64,000 nt of DNA. Origin: Acidimicrobiia bacterium. GTDB taxonomy: Bacteria > Actinomycetota > Acidimicrobiia > Spongiisociales > UBA11373. The notes beneath the pieces were generated by a model. That model saw nothing but the letters and a program-made list of their open reading frames with translations. It ran no database searches and was not told where the DNA came from. This document shows positions 37,714 to 48,067 of this stretch, in pieces. Position 1 is the first letter of the stretch. Every line of letters begins with the position of its first letter. The position numbers were made by a program, and so were the translations under genes. Location: the NCBI GenBank assembly GCA_030584185.1, contig CP129495.1, forward strand, positions 1,789,469 through 1,853,468. Reading direction: 5' to 3'.

Positions 37714-38818
37714 CTGCTTCAGCCTGCATCCCGGGGAGGATGTGCTGATAGGTGGCCATGGTGAAGGCGGGACTGGAGTGCCCGAGTCGTTCCGATACCA
37801 CCTTGAGTGGCACTCCGGCCTTGAGGAGGAGACTGGCGTGGGTGTGTCTGAGGTCGTGGAGGCTGATCCGGGGCAGCGTGGTCTTTGCGACCGCCCGTTC
37901 GAACGCCTGGGACAGTGAGTGGGGATGCATGACGGTCCCGTCCGGTTTGGTGAACACGGGCCCTTCCTGGTCGTGGCCTCCGGTTTCGTTCTGCTGGTGG
38001 TGTTGCCACCTCACAAGCATTTCGATGGTGTTCGGATCCAGGTCGACGGTGCGCCGCGAGCTCCGGGTCTTGCCGGGACTCTCATGGACCTCGTATCCGA
38101 TGGAGACGACGGACCGGCAAACCGACAGGCGACCGGCGTCGAAGTCGACCTGACCCCACCGCAAGCCGAGGATCTCGGATCGTCGCATACCAGTGTGGGA
38201 GGCGAGCCAGAACGTGGGGTGGTGCCGTAGCCCAGAGGTCTGTTGGAGGAAGCAGCGGAGTTGTGCGGCGGTCCACACCCGGTGTGCTCTGTTCGTGTTG
38301 CGTCGGTGTTTGGGGGCGTTGGCGGCAGAGGCCGGGTTGTCCCGCAGTAGGTGTTTGCGTACCGCGTCCCCGAAGGCGGCTCGCAGGATGACGTGGATTT
38401 CGAGGACTGTCTTCGGTGAGAGTCCTCCTCTGTGGTCGGACCGTCCCTCTTCGAGGAGCAGGTTGTAGAGCTGTTCGAGCTGGTCGGGTTGCAGCTTCCG
38501 TAGCACCACGTCTCCGATGTGGGGGATCACGTGGAGGCGAACCATCCGCTGGTATCCGGCGAAGGTGACCGGTGCGAGTTGGAGCTGTTTGGCGGGCAGC
38601 CAGTAACGGAGGAGGAACCCGGCGACGGTCATCTGCGATCTGCGACCCGATCTCCGTTCCTCCTCTCTGGCTCCGAGTTGTGCCGCAAGCGCTTCAGCCT
38701 CGGCGCGGTCGGTGCCGGCCGGCACCCAGCGTCGACGCTCCTTGCCGGTCTCGGGATCGACACCTTCGTAGACCACCGCATACCAGCGGTGACCTTTTCG
38801 AGCTATGTAGCCGTTCAT
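37714..38818 (-). pseudogene. int: tyrosine-type site-specific integrase, 3' end disrupted by IS insertion
   Basis: '[12 protein letters not shown]' and '[10 protein letters not shown]' catalytic region; the ORF reads through into the IS end ('...MQAEA|VNLPGFLGG'). Confidence 0.8.
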
Positions 38819-39001
38819 CCCTGTCTCCTTTCCTTGTTGATGGGGAAGGCGGCGACGCTATGAGGCGCCGGGCGTCTTCGGGTTGGTGACCGCGTCACTC
38901 TTGATGCGACGCGTGTCCTCGACCGAGGCTGAGTGGATGCGGCCCGGAGGCATCTGGAGGCGGTGGCCCGGTCTCGATGGTGGGCGTGTTCTGAGGGGCG
39001 G

Positions 39002-39601
39002 CTAGTGGATCTTCTCCAACAGCTCGAGGAGAGCGACTACCGGGTCGGAGAACTGTGTGACTCGATACAGATCGTGGTGGGCGTGGAGGTGGCTACGGAT
39101 GAAAAGGGCCGTGTCCCCAAGATGGATCGTCAGTGCTCGTGTCTCGTGTCCGTGTCCGGCGAAGACGACCAGCCGTACTCGAGCAGTCGGGGTGGTCGAT
39201 GACCCCTCGGCGATCAGCTGGTCGACCACTTGGTCGAGAGGTGTGGTGTAGAGGTCCCCGGTGCGGCGGAGGGCGGCGTGGAGGGCCCCGGGGGTGCGTA
39301 GCGCGGGGTTGAGTTCGGCTTCGGCGGTCTTGACTTCGCCGACAATGACGTCGAATCGGCTGGTGTCGACGTCGAGCCCGGTGTCGACGTCGGTGACGAT
39401 GAGGCATTCCTCGACTCCCTGACCGAGACGATGGTGGTCCGGTCCGGGAGCTGTGGGTGGTCGTAGGGCGAGGATGTCGATATCGGTGAGGGTCCGGTAC
39501 CCGGCGGACTCCCGGATGTGGAGTTCTTGTTCGGTGAGGAGGAAATACCCGTTGAGACGCAGGTAGGCGACGGCCAGGGCGAGGGCGGGATCAGCGGACA
39601 T
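39002..39601 (-). CDS. hypothetical protein (possible PD-(D/E)xK-like)
   Basis: 'DIDILAL...DVIVGEVK' D...ExK-like spacing; weak. Confidence 0.35.
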   Translation of the reverse strand: MSADPALALAVAYLRLNGYFLLTEQELHIRESAGYRTLTDIDILALRPPTAPGPDHHRLGQGVEECLIVTDVDTGLDVDTSRFDVIVGEVKTAEAELNPALRTPGALHAALRRTGDLYTTPLDQVVDQLIAEGSSTTPTARVRLVVFAGHGHETRALTIHLGDTALFIRSHLHAHHDLYRVTQFSDPVVALLELLEKIH

Positions 39602-39607
39602 CGTTGA

Positions 39608-41101
39608 TCATGCGTTCCGTGGCGCCGAGGCGCGGTGGAAGATGGCTGCGGCGGCGGCACCGAGACCAAGGAGCCACACCAGGGCGAGCGCGAGGCCGCC
39701 GAACTCGTCGAAGGTGGGAGTGAAGGCTCCGTCGATCAGGACCCGGACCGCGCCGTGGGCGGGCATCCAGACCGCCCAGGCGGGTGGAGCGGCGTCGAAC
39801 ATGATGTTCTGGGCGAGGCCGACGTCGAGGAAGGGGAGGAGGAACATCAGGTAGAGGCCGCCGAGTCTTCCGACGAGTGGCCCCAGGATCACCCCGATCA
39901 TGGCATACGTGATCGCGATGGTCAGGGTCGCTGCAGCGAAGGTGACCCACACCGATGGACTGAAGCTGAAGGCAGTGACGGCGAGGGAGACGGCACTGAC
40001 CAGTACGGCGGCGAGGGTGATGACGCCGAGGCGGGAGGCGAGGACTTCCCTCGGTTTGAACCCGGCGAGGACGAGGCGGCGGTCGGCTTCGGCGGAGCCG
40101 AGGACGACGAACAGTCCGGCGAGGCCGGCGAGGAAGGCGACGGTGATGGCGACCATGATCGCCCCGTGGACGTCGGTCATCGACAGGATGGAGATGCCTG
40201 CCTTTCCGCTCTCGACCAGCTCGACGGGCGCCGGGTCGTCGGGGGTGACCGCGATGGACAGGGTGATGAAGAAGAGGGGGAGCCCGACCAGCAGGACCCA
40301 GAGGGCGATGTTGCGCCGGTACTCCTTCCAGGCGTAGTCCAGCCCGGTCCGGGTTCGACCCCAACCGCCGATCGCCCCGGTGTGGTGCCCGTTTCGGACG
40401 GGCCGGGTGGTCACTAGAAGTGACAGGGCGGCGACGGCGAGCACACCGACCGTCCACGCCAGCGACGCTCCCATGTCGCCGAGAGGTCCGGCGTGGGTGG
40501 TGGTGGCGTCCAGCATGACCAGCGTGGGGAAATGGGAAGGGAAGAACCGGGTGAGGAGTGACTCGGTGCGTCCCATGGCCGGACCGAGGAACACGTCGAA
40601 CATCCAGATGAAGATGATCAGCAGCGACCCGTTGACTTCGGAACGGACCCAGGCGCCGACGGTGACCCCGATCGCCAGGTAGATGACGGCGAACATGATG
40701 GTTGAGCCGACGGCTCTCCCCGGGTCGGTGAGGTCGGTGCGGACTGCGAGGGCGAGCAGAGCTCCGGCCGACGCCACGACGGCCAGTACGGCTGAGGACG
40801 ACATGCGGGCGGCAACCACCCGGATGGTGTTCGACCCGGCGGCGGCGAGACGCCGGTCGGGGTCCCGGGAGCCGGTGACGTGGAAGAACCCGGCGACGCC
40901 GGCGAGGAACGCCGCGGCCCACCCGGCGGTGGCGGCTTCGAGCTGGCCAAGGCTGGATTCGCCGCCGAGGATGCGGGCGAAGTCTGCGATGGCACCGGCC
41001 GACAGGGCGACGAAGACGACGGGTACAACGGCGAGCAGCACGAGGTTGAGGGGCCGCCGGGCGTACTCGGTCAGGTAGCGCCAGGTGAGCACGCCGGTCA
41101 T
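39608..41101 (-). CDS. ABC-2-type transporter permease (polytopic)
   Basis: ATG at 41101 overlaps the ATPase stop; about 12 TM helices. Confidence 0.65.
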   Translation of the reverse strand: MTGVLTWRYLTEYARRPLNLVLLAVVPVVFVALSAGAIADFARILGGESSLGQLEAATAGWAAAFLAGVAGFFHVTGSRDPDRRLAAAGSNTIRVVAARMSSSAVLAVVASAGALLALAVRTDLTDPGRAVGSTIMFAVIYLAIGVTVGAWVRSEVNGSLLIIFIWMFDVFLGPAMGRTESLLTRFFPSHFPTLVMLDATTTHAGPLGDMGASLAWTVGVLAVAALSLLVTTRPVRNGHHTGAIGGWGRTRTGLDYAWKEYRRNIALWVLLVGLPLFFITLSIAVTPDDPAPVELVESGKAGISILSMTDVHGAIMVAITVAFLAGLAGLFVVLGSAEADRRLVLAGFKPREVLASRLGVITLAAVLVSAVSLAVTAFSFSPSVWVTFAAATLTIAITYAMIGVILGPLVGRLGGLYLMFLLPFLDVGLAQNIMFDAAPPAWAVWMPAHGAVRVLIDGAFTPTFDEFGGLALALVWLLGLGAAAAAIFHRASAPRNA

Positions 41102-41814
41102 CGCGGCACCGTCCTGCCGTCGACCAGGTCGTAGATCCGGTCGAACCGGTCGGCGTCGGTGATGAAATGACTGATGATCAACAGACTCCTGCCGCGATCG
41201 CGCCGTTCCCGGGTCAGCTCCCAGAACCGCTGGTAGGTGTCCCAGTCGAACCCGGCGTACGGCTCGTCGAGGAGGAGCAGGTCGGGGTCGGGCAGCAGCG
41301 CCAGACCGAGGTTGAGTTTGGCTCGGGTACCCCCGGACAGTTCCTCGACCCGCGCATCCCGCCATTCGCCGAACCCGAGCGTCTCATAGATCTCGTCCCG
41401 GGCATCGGCAACCCTTTGATCGGTCATGCCGTAGGCCCGGCCGAACAGCTCGAAATGCTCGTCGCAGGTGAGCCGTTCGTAGAGGATCGGGTCCTGGGGG
41501 CAGTAGCCGACGGAGCCCGACTTGGTGATTGAGCCTTGGTCACGATCGATGCTTCCGACGAGGATCTTCATCAGCGTCGACTTTCCCGAGCCGTTCTCCC
41601 CGACGAGTCCCACGATCTCCCCGGGTTGGAGTACCAGGGCGGCGCCGCGGAGGACGGGCAGGGAGCGTCTACGGGGCCACAGTCCCCGCCGGTACGTCTT
41701 GGCGATCTCGGAGGCGGCCAGGAGGTGGCCTACCGGATCGTGGACAACCTCTCTTCCGGGTCCGTCGTCGACGGCCTGGCTGGAGCCATCGGGCTGTTGG
41801 GTGATCGTCTCCAT
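41098..41814 (-). CDS. ABC transporter ATP-binding protein
   Basis: Walker A 'GENGSGKST', signature 'LSGGTRAKLNL', 'LLLDEP'. Confidence 0.85.
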   Translation of the reverse strand: METITQQPDGSSQAVDDGPGREVVHDPVGHLLAASEIAKTYRRGLWPRRRSLPVLRGAALVLQPGEIVGLVGENGSGKSTLMKILVGSIDRDQGSITKSGSVGYCPQDPILYERLTCDEHFELFGRAYGMTDQRVADARDEIYETLGFGEWRDARVEELSGGTRAKLNLGLALLPDPDLLLLDEPYAGFDWDTYQRFWELTRERRDRGRSLLIISHFITDADRFDRIYDLVDGRTVPR

Positions 41815-41850
41815 CGTCGACCTCGATTCCGATGCTGGTCTCATGTCACC

Positions 41851-41882
41851 AACGTACGCCTTCCAGTCGGCTGGAAGGTCAA
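41851..41882 (-). promoter_or_regulatory. MerR/CueR-type promoter: TTGACC-[19 bp incl. palindrome TTCCAGCCGACTGGAAGG]-GTACGTT
   Basis: 19-bp spacer with dyad; upstream of the ABC exporter. Confidence 0.6.
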
Positions 41883-41981
41883 TAGGGTCAAAGGTCCCGA
41901 TCGGTCAGGGCACCTGCCGGTGAGCGGAGGGCCCCGATCTGGCCGGGCGGGGGGAGGAGGGGCCAGATCGGGGCTGACGTT

Positions 41982-42224
41982 TCAGCGGCTCGGCCGACGC
42001 CTCACCTGGTCGATGAGCCGGTCGGTGGTGCGTGCGGTGTGTGCGTCGAGCCAGAAGGCGGCTCCGCACACTGCCAGACAGACCACGACCAGGGCACCGA
42101 TGGTGTATCCGGCGATGCGAGGGTCGAGGCGGTAGACGGCGACTATGGCGAGGACCATGAAGGCGACTCCGATCGCCGCCCACATCACCGGGCTGAACCG
42201 GCGGTGCTGCGAATCCGGGTTCAT
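41982..42224 (-). CDS. small membrane protein, hypothetical
   Basis: 2 TM helices; coupled to the cupredoxin gene. Confidence 0.4.
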   Translation of the reverse strand: MNPDSQHRRFSPVMWAAIGVAFMVLAIVAVYRLDPRIAGYTIGALVVVCLAVCGAAFWLDAHTARTTDRLIDQVRRRPSR

Positions 42225-42592
42225 GACACGACGACCTTGCCTCGAAGCATTCCCATCTGGCAGGCGAACTCGTATTCACCTGGCTCGGTGGGGGTGAACT
42301 CGATTGGGACGTTGGAGCCTTCGGGGAGGTCGGCGGAGACGCCGAAGGCGTCGAAGACGACCTTCTCCGAGCAGGGATCGGCCTCCTGGCGGTTGAAGAC
42401 CAGCTTGACCGGTCTGCCGGCTTCGACCCTGATGGTGTCGGGGGTATAACCGCCCTTGACGACGATGAACGCTTCCTGCTTGCCCCCGGCACCGACCGCA
42501 GCCGGCGCTCCTTGGGGTTTGGAGAGCCAGAAGTACCACACGATGAGCCCGATGAGGGCCAGACCGACCAGGTTGACGATGAGGACGGTCAT
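42221..42592 (-). CDS. cupredoxin-like copper-binding protein
   Basis: TM anchor; type-1 Cu ligands '...[10 protein letters not shown]'. Confidence 0.65.
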   Translation of the reverse strand: MTVLIVNLVGLALIGLIVWYFWLSKPQGAPAAVGAGGKQEAFIVVKGGYTPDTIRVEAGRPVKLVFNRQEADPCSEKVVFDAFGVSADLPEGSNVPIEFTPTEPGEYEFACQMGMLRGKVVVS

Positions 42593-45063
42593 GCGGTTCC
42601 TCCTTTTCCACCAGACGGTTTCCAGCGGCGAAGCCGGTTGGCGTTGGAGACGACGGTGACCGAGGAGAAGGCCATCGCCGCCCCGGCGAGCATCGGGGAG
42701 AGCAGGATCCCGAAGAACGGGTAGAGAATCCCGGCGGCGACGGGGATACCGAGGGTGTTGTAGGCGAAGGCGCCCACCAGGTTCTGGTGGACGTTTCTGA
42801 TGGTTGCGTTGGACAGCTCGATGGCAGTGACGATCCCGCTGAGGCTGCCTTTGACCAGGGTGACGTCGCCGGATTCCATGGCGACGTCGGTGCCGGTGCC
42901 CATCGCCATCCCGACGTCGGCTTGGGCGAGGGCGGGGGCGTCGTTGATCCCGTCCCCGACCATGGCCACCTTCTTGCCTTCCGCTTGGAGCAGTCTGACC
43001 TGGGTTGCCTTGTCTTCGGGGAGGACCTCGGCGAGGACCCGGTCGATGCCGACCTGGCGGGCGATGGCTTCGGCGGTGCGTTGGTTGTCGCCGGTGATCA
43101 TCACCACCTGGAGGTCGAGTTCGTGGAGACGGCGGATGGCGGCGGCGGAGTCGTCTTTGACGGTGTCGGCGACGGCGATGGCTCCGGCCAGCTCGCCGTC
43201 GATACCGATGACCATGGCGGTCTTGCCTTCGTCGGCGAGTCGCGCCAGGGTCTCCTCTGAGGGGCCGGCGGCGATGCCGCGGTCGGCCATGAACTTCAGG
43301 TTGCCCAACACCACGTGCCGGCTGTTCACGGTGGCTTCGATGCCGTGGCCGGGAACCGCATCGAAGTCAGCGGCTTCGGCCACCTCGAGGTTCCGGGTTC
43401 GAGCGCCGGTGACGATCGCCTCACCGAGCGGGTGCTCAGAACCGGACTCGGCCGCCGCAGCGAGGGACAGCACCTCGCCTTCATCGAAGCCGTTGAAGGC
43501 GACGACGTCGGTGAGCGCCGGTTCACCCTTGGTGACGGTGCCGGTCTTGTCCAAAACCACGGTGTCTATCCGGTGGGCGGTTTCCAGGGCGTCGCCCGAC
43601 TTGATCAGGATCCCGTTCTCAGCTCCTTTGCCGATGCCGACCATGAGCGAGGTGGGAGTGGCCAGGCCGAGAGCGCATGGGCAGGCGATGACGAGGACGG
43701 TCACCGCGGTGATCACTGCATACACCAACGCCGGGGTCGGCCCGAAGGTGAACCACACCATGAAGGTGAGCACGGCGGCGATCATCACGGCTGGCACGAA
43801 GTAGGCGGCCACCTTGTCCACGGTCCGCTGGATCGGCGCCTTCGACCCTTGCGCGTCCCGCACCATTTCGATGATCTGGGCCAACATGGTGTCCCGACCC
43901 ACCCGGGTGGCTCGGAAACGGAAGAAGCCGGTCTTGTTGATGGTGGCGCCGATGACGGTGTCACCTTCGGACTTCTCCGACGGGATCGGTTCCCCGGTGA
44001 CCATCGACTCGTCCACCGCGGACACTCCGGAGACGACGATGCCGTCGACAGGGATCTTCTCCCCAGGCCGAACCACCACGATGTCGTCGACTGCGACCTG
44101 TTCGAAGGGGAGCTCCACTTCGGAGCCGTCGCGGAGCACCCGGGCGGTCTTTGCCTGGAGTCCGATGAGCTTCTTCAGCGCCTCCGAGGTGCGGGCCCGA
44201 GCCCGGATCTCCAGCGCCGATCCCAGGACGACGAAAGCGGTGACCACGGTGGTGACGTCGAAGAACACGTCACGCAGCTGCGCTTCGGGGAAGAACCCGG
44301 GGAACAACAACGCCACCGTCGAGTACAGCCACGCTGCGGAGATGCCGATGGCGATCAGCGTGTACATGTTCGCCGCCCGATGCTTGAAGGCGGCCCAGGC
44401 GCCAGTAAAGAACTGCGAACCGGAATAGATCATCACCGCCAGGGAGGCCACCGCCATCGCACCCCAGATCAGATCCAACTCGGACGACCCCTTCTCCGGC
44501 ACACCGGGGAAGATCTCCGGGTAGGAGAAGTAGATGATCGGCAGCGACACGATGGCGGCGAACCAGAACTTGCGGAGCAGACCGCGATACAGCCGCTCTC
44601 TCCCCTCCTGCTCGGCGTCGCCTGAATCGTCGGCGAGGGGGTGCGCCGAGTAGCCGGCCGCCGACACCGCTGTCATCAGAGCCTCAGAGGTGACCGGCCC
44701 TCCCACGTCGACGGTGGCCTCGTCGGTGGCCAGGTTGACCCGAGCGTCGACGACGCCGGGGACCGACGTCAGCGCCGACTCCACCCTGGAGACACAGGAG
44801 GCGCAGGTCATCCCCTCGACGCCGAGGCGTACCGTCGAAGTCGCCACTCCACCGGATCGGCCCGGCACCGCCAAGTGTTCGGCTTCTTCGTCGTCCTCGT
44901 CGCCCTCGCCGTCCGACGCTTCACCGCCGCCGGGGGTGGTGTAACGCTGCGGGTCGGCGAGGAAGCTCTGCCGGCAGTGCTCGGAACAGAACCCGAAGTC
45001 CGGGTACCCATCCACCCGTAGCGCGTCTGGTCCGACGGTCATCCCACATACCGGGTCTCGCAT
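42589..45063 (-). CDS. copA: copper-translocating P-type ATPase (CopA/CtpA-like) with N-terminal YHS/TRASH plus HMA domains
   Basis: 'DPVCGM' TRASH, '[12 protein letters not shown]' HMA, 'CPC' TM motif, [15 protein letters not shown]. Confidence 0.9.
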   Translation of the reverse strand: MRDPVCGMTVGPDALRVDGYPDFGFCSEHCRQSFLADPQRYTTPGGGEASDGEGDEDDEEAEHLAVPGRSGGVATSTVRLGVEGMTCASCVSRVESALTSVPGVVDARVNLATDEATVDVGGPVTSEALMTAVSAAGYSAHPLADDSGDAEQEGRERLYRGLLRKFWFAAIVSLPIIYFSYPEIFPGVPEKGSSELDLIWGAMAVASLAVMIYSGSQFFTGAWAAFKHRAANMYTLIAIGISAAWLYSTVALLFPGFFPEAQLRDVFFDVTTVVTAFVVLGSALEIRARARTSEALKKLIGLQAKTARVLRDGSEVELPFEQVAVDDIVVVRPGEKIPVDGIVVSGVSAVDESMVTGEPIPSEKSEGDTVIGATINKTGFFRFRATRVGRDTMLAQIIEMVRDAQGSKAPIQRTVDKVAAYFVPAVMIAAVLTFMVWFTFGPTPALVYAVITAVTVLVIACPCALGLATPTSLMVGIGKGAENGILIKSGDALETAHRIDTVVLDKTGTVTKGEPALTDVVAFNGFDEGEVLSLAAAAESGSEHPLGEAIVTGARTRNLEVAEAADFDAVPGHGIEATVNSRHVVLGNLKFMADRGIAAGPSEETLARLADEGKTAMVIGIDGELAGAIAVADTVKDDSAAAIRRLHELDLQVVMITGDNQRTAEAIARQVGIDRVLAEVLPEDKATQVRLLQAEGKKVAMVGDGINDAPALAQADVGMAMGTGTDVAMESGDVTLVKGSLSGIVTAIELSNATIRNVHQNLVGAFAYNTLGIPVAAGILYPFFGILLSPMLAGAAMAFSSVTVVSNANRLRRWKPSGGKGGTA

Positions 45064-45101
45064 CTCGACTCCTTTCAGTAGCGGTGCCATGTCACAACAC
45101 C

Positions 45102-45133
45102 ACCGTACGCCTTCCAGTCGACTGGAATGTCAA
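45102..45133 (-). promoter_or_regulatory. MerR/CueR-type promoter-operator: TTGACA-[TTCCAGTCGACTGGAAGGC]-GTACGGT
   Basis: perfect 16-bp palindrome TTCCAGTCGACTGGAA between copA and the merR-family gene. Confidence 0.65.
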
Positions 45134-45152
45134 GGGGGGTAGAGTCAGGGAT

Positions 45153-45620
45153 ATGCAGATCGGAGAACTGGCGCGACGCACCGGTGTTCCCACCAAGACG
45201 ATCCGGTACTACGAGGAGATCGGTGTGCTCCCCGAACCCGAACGCGACCACAACGACTACCGGAACTACCCCGACGACGCGGTCGATCGGCTCGAGTTCA
45301 TCCGGGAGGCTCAGGCCACGGGGCTGACGCTCACCGAGATCGGCTCCATCCTCGACCTGCGTAGCCAGGGTGAAGCTACCTGCCGACACGTCGTCGACCT
45401 GTTGGAGCGCCACCTCGACGCCCTCGACCGCCACATCACCTCCCTGCGGCGGACTCGCCGCAAACTGGCGTCGCTCACCGAACGGGCCCGCAACCTCGAC
45501 CCGGCCGACTGTCGGGACCCGAACCGGTGCCAGACCATCTCTGGCGCCGATGTCGCCGAGCTGGGATCGGTGAAGACGGGACGCCACCTGCACGCCGCCC
45601 CATCCGGCCACCACCACTGA
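45153..45620 (+). CDS. MerR-family (CueR-like) transcriptional regulator
   Basis: 'MQIGELARRTGVPTKTIRYYEEIGVLPEPERDHNDYRNY' HTH; Cys-containing C-terminus. Confidence 0.8.
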   Translation: MQIGELARRTGVPTKTIRYYEEIGVLPEPERDHNDYRNYPDDAVDRLEFIREAQATGLTLTEIGSILDLRSQGEATCRHVVDLLERHLDALDRHITSLRRTRRKLASLTERARNLDPADCRDPNRCQTISGADVAELGSVKTGRHLHAAPSGHHH

Positions 45621-45630
45621 CCATGGAGGT

Positions 45631-46239
45631 TCAGGCTCCGGCGGCGGCGTCGAGCTCGGCGAGCAGCGCATCGGCGGGGACGAACATCTCGGCATAGTGC
45701 CGTACCCACGCCACTTCGCCGTTCTGGCGGACTAGGGCGAAGCTGTGGCTGGGCCGGTCGCCGTGCCCGTAGATCCCCATCATCCCGTAAGCGTCGGACA
45801 CGTCACGGTCGGAGTCGATGAGGATGGGACGGGTGATGCCGAAGCGGGCGGCTTCGGTGTCGACCGTCTGGGCCGGGTCGACCATGATCGGTACCAGGTT
45901 GATGCCGCGCTCGGCCAGCAACGGCTCCAGTTCGGGGATCTGGGCGAAACAACCGTCGCAGCCGACCCCCATCGAGAAGTACAAGAGGGCGTCACCTTGC
46001 GCCAGGGTCTGGTCAAGGGACACCGTGGACCCGTCGCTGGCGGCCAGTTGGAACGGTGGTGCTTGGCTGATGGTGGTTTCGTCGGTGGGGGTGAACGATC
46101 CGACGGTGACGACGGCGACGAGGACAGCGGGAACGGCGATGAATCCGATCCACTTCCACATCGAGCCGCGCCGCCGCTTACTGGCCTGGGCTCGCTGCGA
46201 TGTTCGCTTGTTCGTGGCCGGTTTCTTGGTGGTGGTCAT
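45631..46239 (-). CDS. thiol-disulfide oxidoreductase (redoxin/TlpA-like), secreted
   Basis: TM/signal anchor; thioredoxin fold with 'GCDGC'. Confidence 0.6.
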   Translation of the reverse strand: MTTTKKPATNKRTSQRAQASKRRRGSMWKWIGFIAVPAVLVAVVTVGSFTPTDETTISQAPPFQLAASDGSTVSLDQTLAQGDALLYFSMGVGCDGCFAQIPELEPLLAERGINLVPIMVDPAQTVDTEAARFGITRPILIDSDRDVSDAYGMMGIYGHGDRPSHSFALVRQNGEVAWVRHYAEMFVPADALLAELDAAAGA

Positions 46240-47131
46240 GGCAGGCAGGTTCTCCTTGTTGTTGAGATGCGGTGTGGTGTCGACGACGCACTGACAGGTA
46301 GATGGCCCCGGCGGCGACAGCGATGAGCAGCGCACCGATCACCGGGTCGGGGATCCATGCCAGACCGCTCACCAGTCCGGCCAGGCTGTCCTCGATGCGG
46401 GCCCCGACGCTGGCGGTGAAAGCGGGTGCCAGCGAGGAGCCGGTGACGGCGACGACGGCGAGCACGCCGGCCATGACGAGGAACATCAGGCCTGCCGCAG
46501 CGCCGGCGACGGTGGTGGCGACCCGGATCCGACCGATCCCGAACGACACCTTCCTCGATCCGAGCTGGGTCTTCTGCGGGCCGAGCCGGTCCCATGCCAC
46601 GGTGAGCACGACGAGGGGGAACACCATCCCGAACACGTAGGCGAGGCCGATGCCGACGCCGCCGATCAGGCCCGGGGAGATGGCGGACAGGGTGAGGACC
46701 CCGGCGAGGACCGGCGCACAGCACGCCGATGCGGCGCCGGAGAAGACACCGAGGGCGTAGACCCCGGCTGAGTCGGTGCGGGAGATGTCCGGTGAACCCT
46801 GCAAGAACGGCAACGACCAGTTCCGTCCGGTCAGAGAGAGCACCGCCAAACCCAACAAAAGGGCAGCTCCGATCCCGTACACCGCGGTATGGAACCGGAG
46901 CAGGCTCTCGGTGAGCAAACCGAGCCCGAGGGTCACCGGGACGAGGACGGTGGCCACCCCCGCAGCGAAGATGAACGTCAGCGGGACCAGACGCCACCGA
47001 TGGTTCCGCACCGCAGCGGCGAGGAACGACGGGAACATGACGACGATGCAACAGGGTGCGAACAGGGCGACCGCCCCGGCGACGAACGCCGCCAGCAGCG
47101 ACCCTCCGAGGAATAGCCCCTCCACGTTCAT
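46178..47131 (-). CDS. ccdA: cytochrome c biogenesis protein CcdA/DsbD transmembrane domain
   Basis: paired Cys in TM1 'FAPCC' and 'SACCAPV'. Confidence 0.75.
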   Translation of the reverse strand: MNVEGLFLGGSLLAAFVAGAVALFAPCCIVVMFPSFLAAAVRNHRWRLVPLTFIFAAGVATVLVPVTLGLGLLTESLLRFHTAVYGIGAALLLGLAVLSLTGRNWSLPFLQGSPDISRTDSAGVYALGVFSGAASACCAPVLAGVLTLSAISPGLIGGVGIGLAYVFGMVFPLVVLTVAWDRLGPQKTQLGSRKVSFGIGRIRVATTVAGAAAGLMFLVMAGVLAVVAVTGSSLAPAFTASVGARIEDSLAGLVSGLAWIPDPVIGALLIAVAAGAIYLSVRRRHHTASQQQGEPACHDHHQETGHEQANIAASPGQ

Positions 47132-47430
47132 CCCTCCCCGACCGAAGCGGCTCGTTGGGTGAGGCGACGCTCCAACTTCTTGAGGCTGATCCGACCGAAC
47201 CCGAAGAACTCGCCGTCGACGATGACGAGCGGCGGGAACCCTGCCCGGTGGGTCACCATGAGCGCCAGACCTTCGTCTGATGACAGGTCCACGGTGGTCA
47301 CCGCAAGCGGCACCGTTTCACCAAGCGTGTCGAGAACCTGTTGTGCGTGGTCGCAGTAGTGACAGCCGGCGGCGGTGACCACGACCACGCTGACCGGTTC
47401 GGATTCAGACACCAGCGGCGACTCCGGCAT
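47128..47430 (-). CDS. glutaredoxin/thioredoxin-like protein
   Basis: 'VVVTAAGCHYCD' CxxC. Confidence 0.6.
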   Translation of the reverse strand: MPESPLVSESEPVSVVVVTAAGCHYCDHAQQVLDTLGETVPLAVTTVDLSSDEGLALMVTHRAGFPPLVIVDGEFFGFGRISLKKLERRLTQRAASVGEG

Positions 47431-47734
47431 GCGTCGCCTCGTCGTGGCACCGATGTCCGGCTCGGCCGGAGGTCGGAGCGGACCCGAAGGTGGCGGCGAG
47501 CAGTTCGTCGACGACGTCGTCGACCCGGCCCTCAGCGACCGCTTCGGGGACGCAGCCTCGCAGGTGCGCTTCGAGGATCTGGCGGCGCACACTCTCGAGG
47601 GCGCCTTGCACCGCGGAGAGCTGGTGGAGCACGTCGATGCAGTAGCGGTCGTCGTCGACCATGCGGATCACCCCTTCGAGGTGACCGACGGCAGACCGGA
47701 GGCGGAACGCCACCGCGGTGGACTCCGCTCTCAT
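47405..47734 (-). CDS. csoR: CsoR/RcnR-family metal-sensing repressor
   Basis: 'RLRSAVGHLEGVIRMVDDDRYCIDVLHQLSAVQGALESV' with conserved Cys/His. Confidence 0.8.
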   Translation of the reverse strand: MRAESTAVAFRLRSAVGHLEGVIRMVDDDRYCIDVLHQLSAVQGALESVRRQILEAHLRGCVPEAVAEGRVDDVVDELLAATFGSAPTSGRAGHRCHDEATHAGVAAGV

Positions 47735-47967
47735 CGCCTTATCTCCGGATCTTCGACGAGCAGGGCGCGCCGGGCCTCGAACTCGTCACGGTCGATCTCG
47801 CCTGCGGCGAAGCGACGCTCCAAGATGTCGAGCGCACCAGAGCGGCTCTCCGAGGGGCGGGTCCTCGTGGAGCGGATCGCCCACACCGCCAGGGCGACGA
47901 CCGCACCCCAGAAGACGACCATCATCGTCCAACCGAAGAACCCCATCGTGTTCCAGTCACACCACAT
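47731..47967 (-). CDS. SHOCT-domain small membrane protein
   Basis: TM helix plus 'LDILERRFAAGEIDRDEFEARRALL'. Confidence 0.65.
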   Translation of the reverse strand: MWCDWNTMGFFGWTMMVVFWGAVVALAVWAIRSTRTRPSESRSGALDILERRFAAGEIDRDEFEARRALLVEDPEIRR

Positions 47968-48067
47968 GACGTATCACCTCGACGGGATCTTCCCCCACCC
48001 CGGGTGGGGTGGGCCAGGGTCGAAAGACCCTGGCCTGTGGGGCGTCCGGCACGACCCGGCGCGCCGG

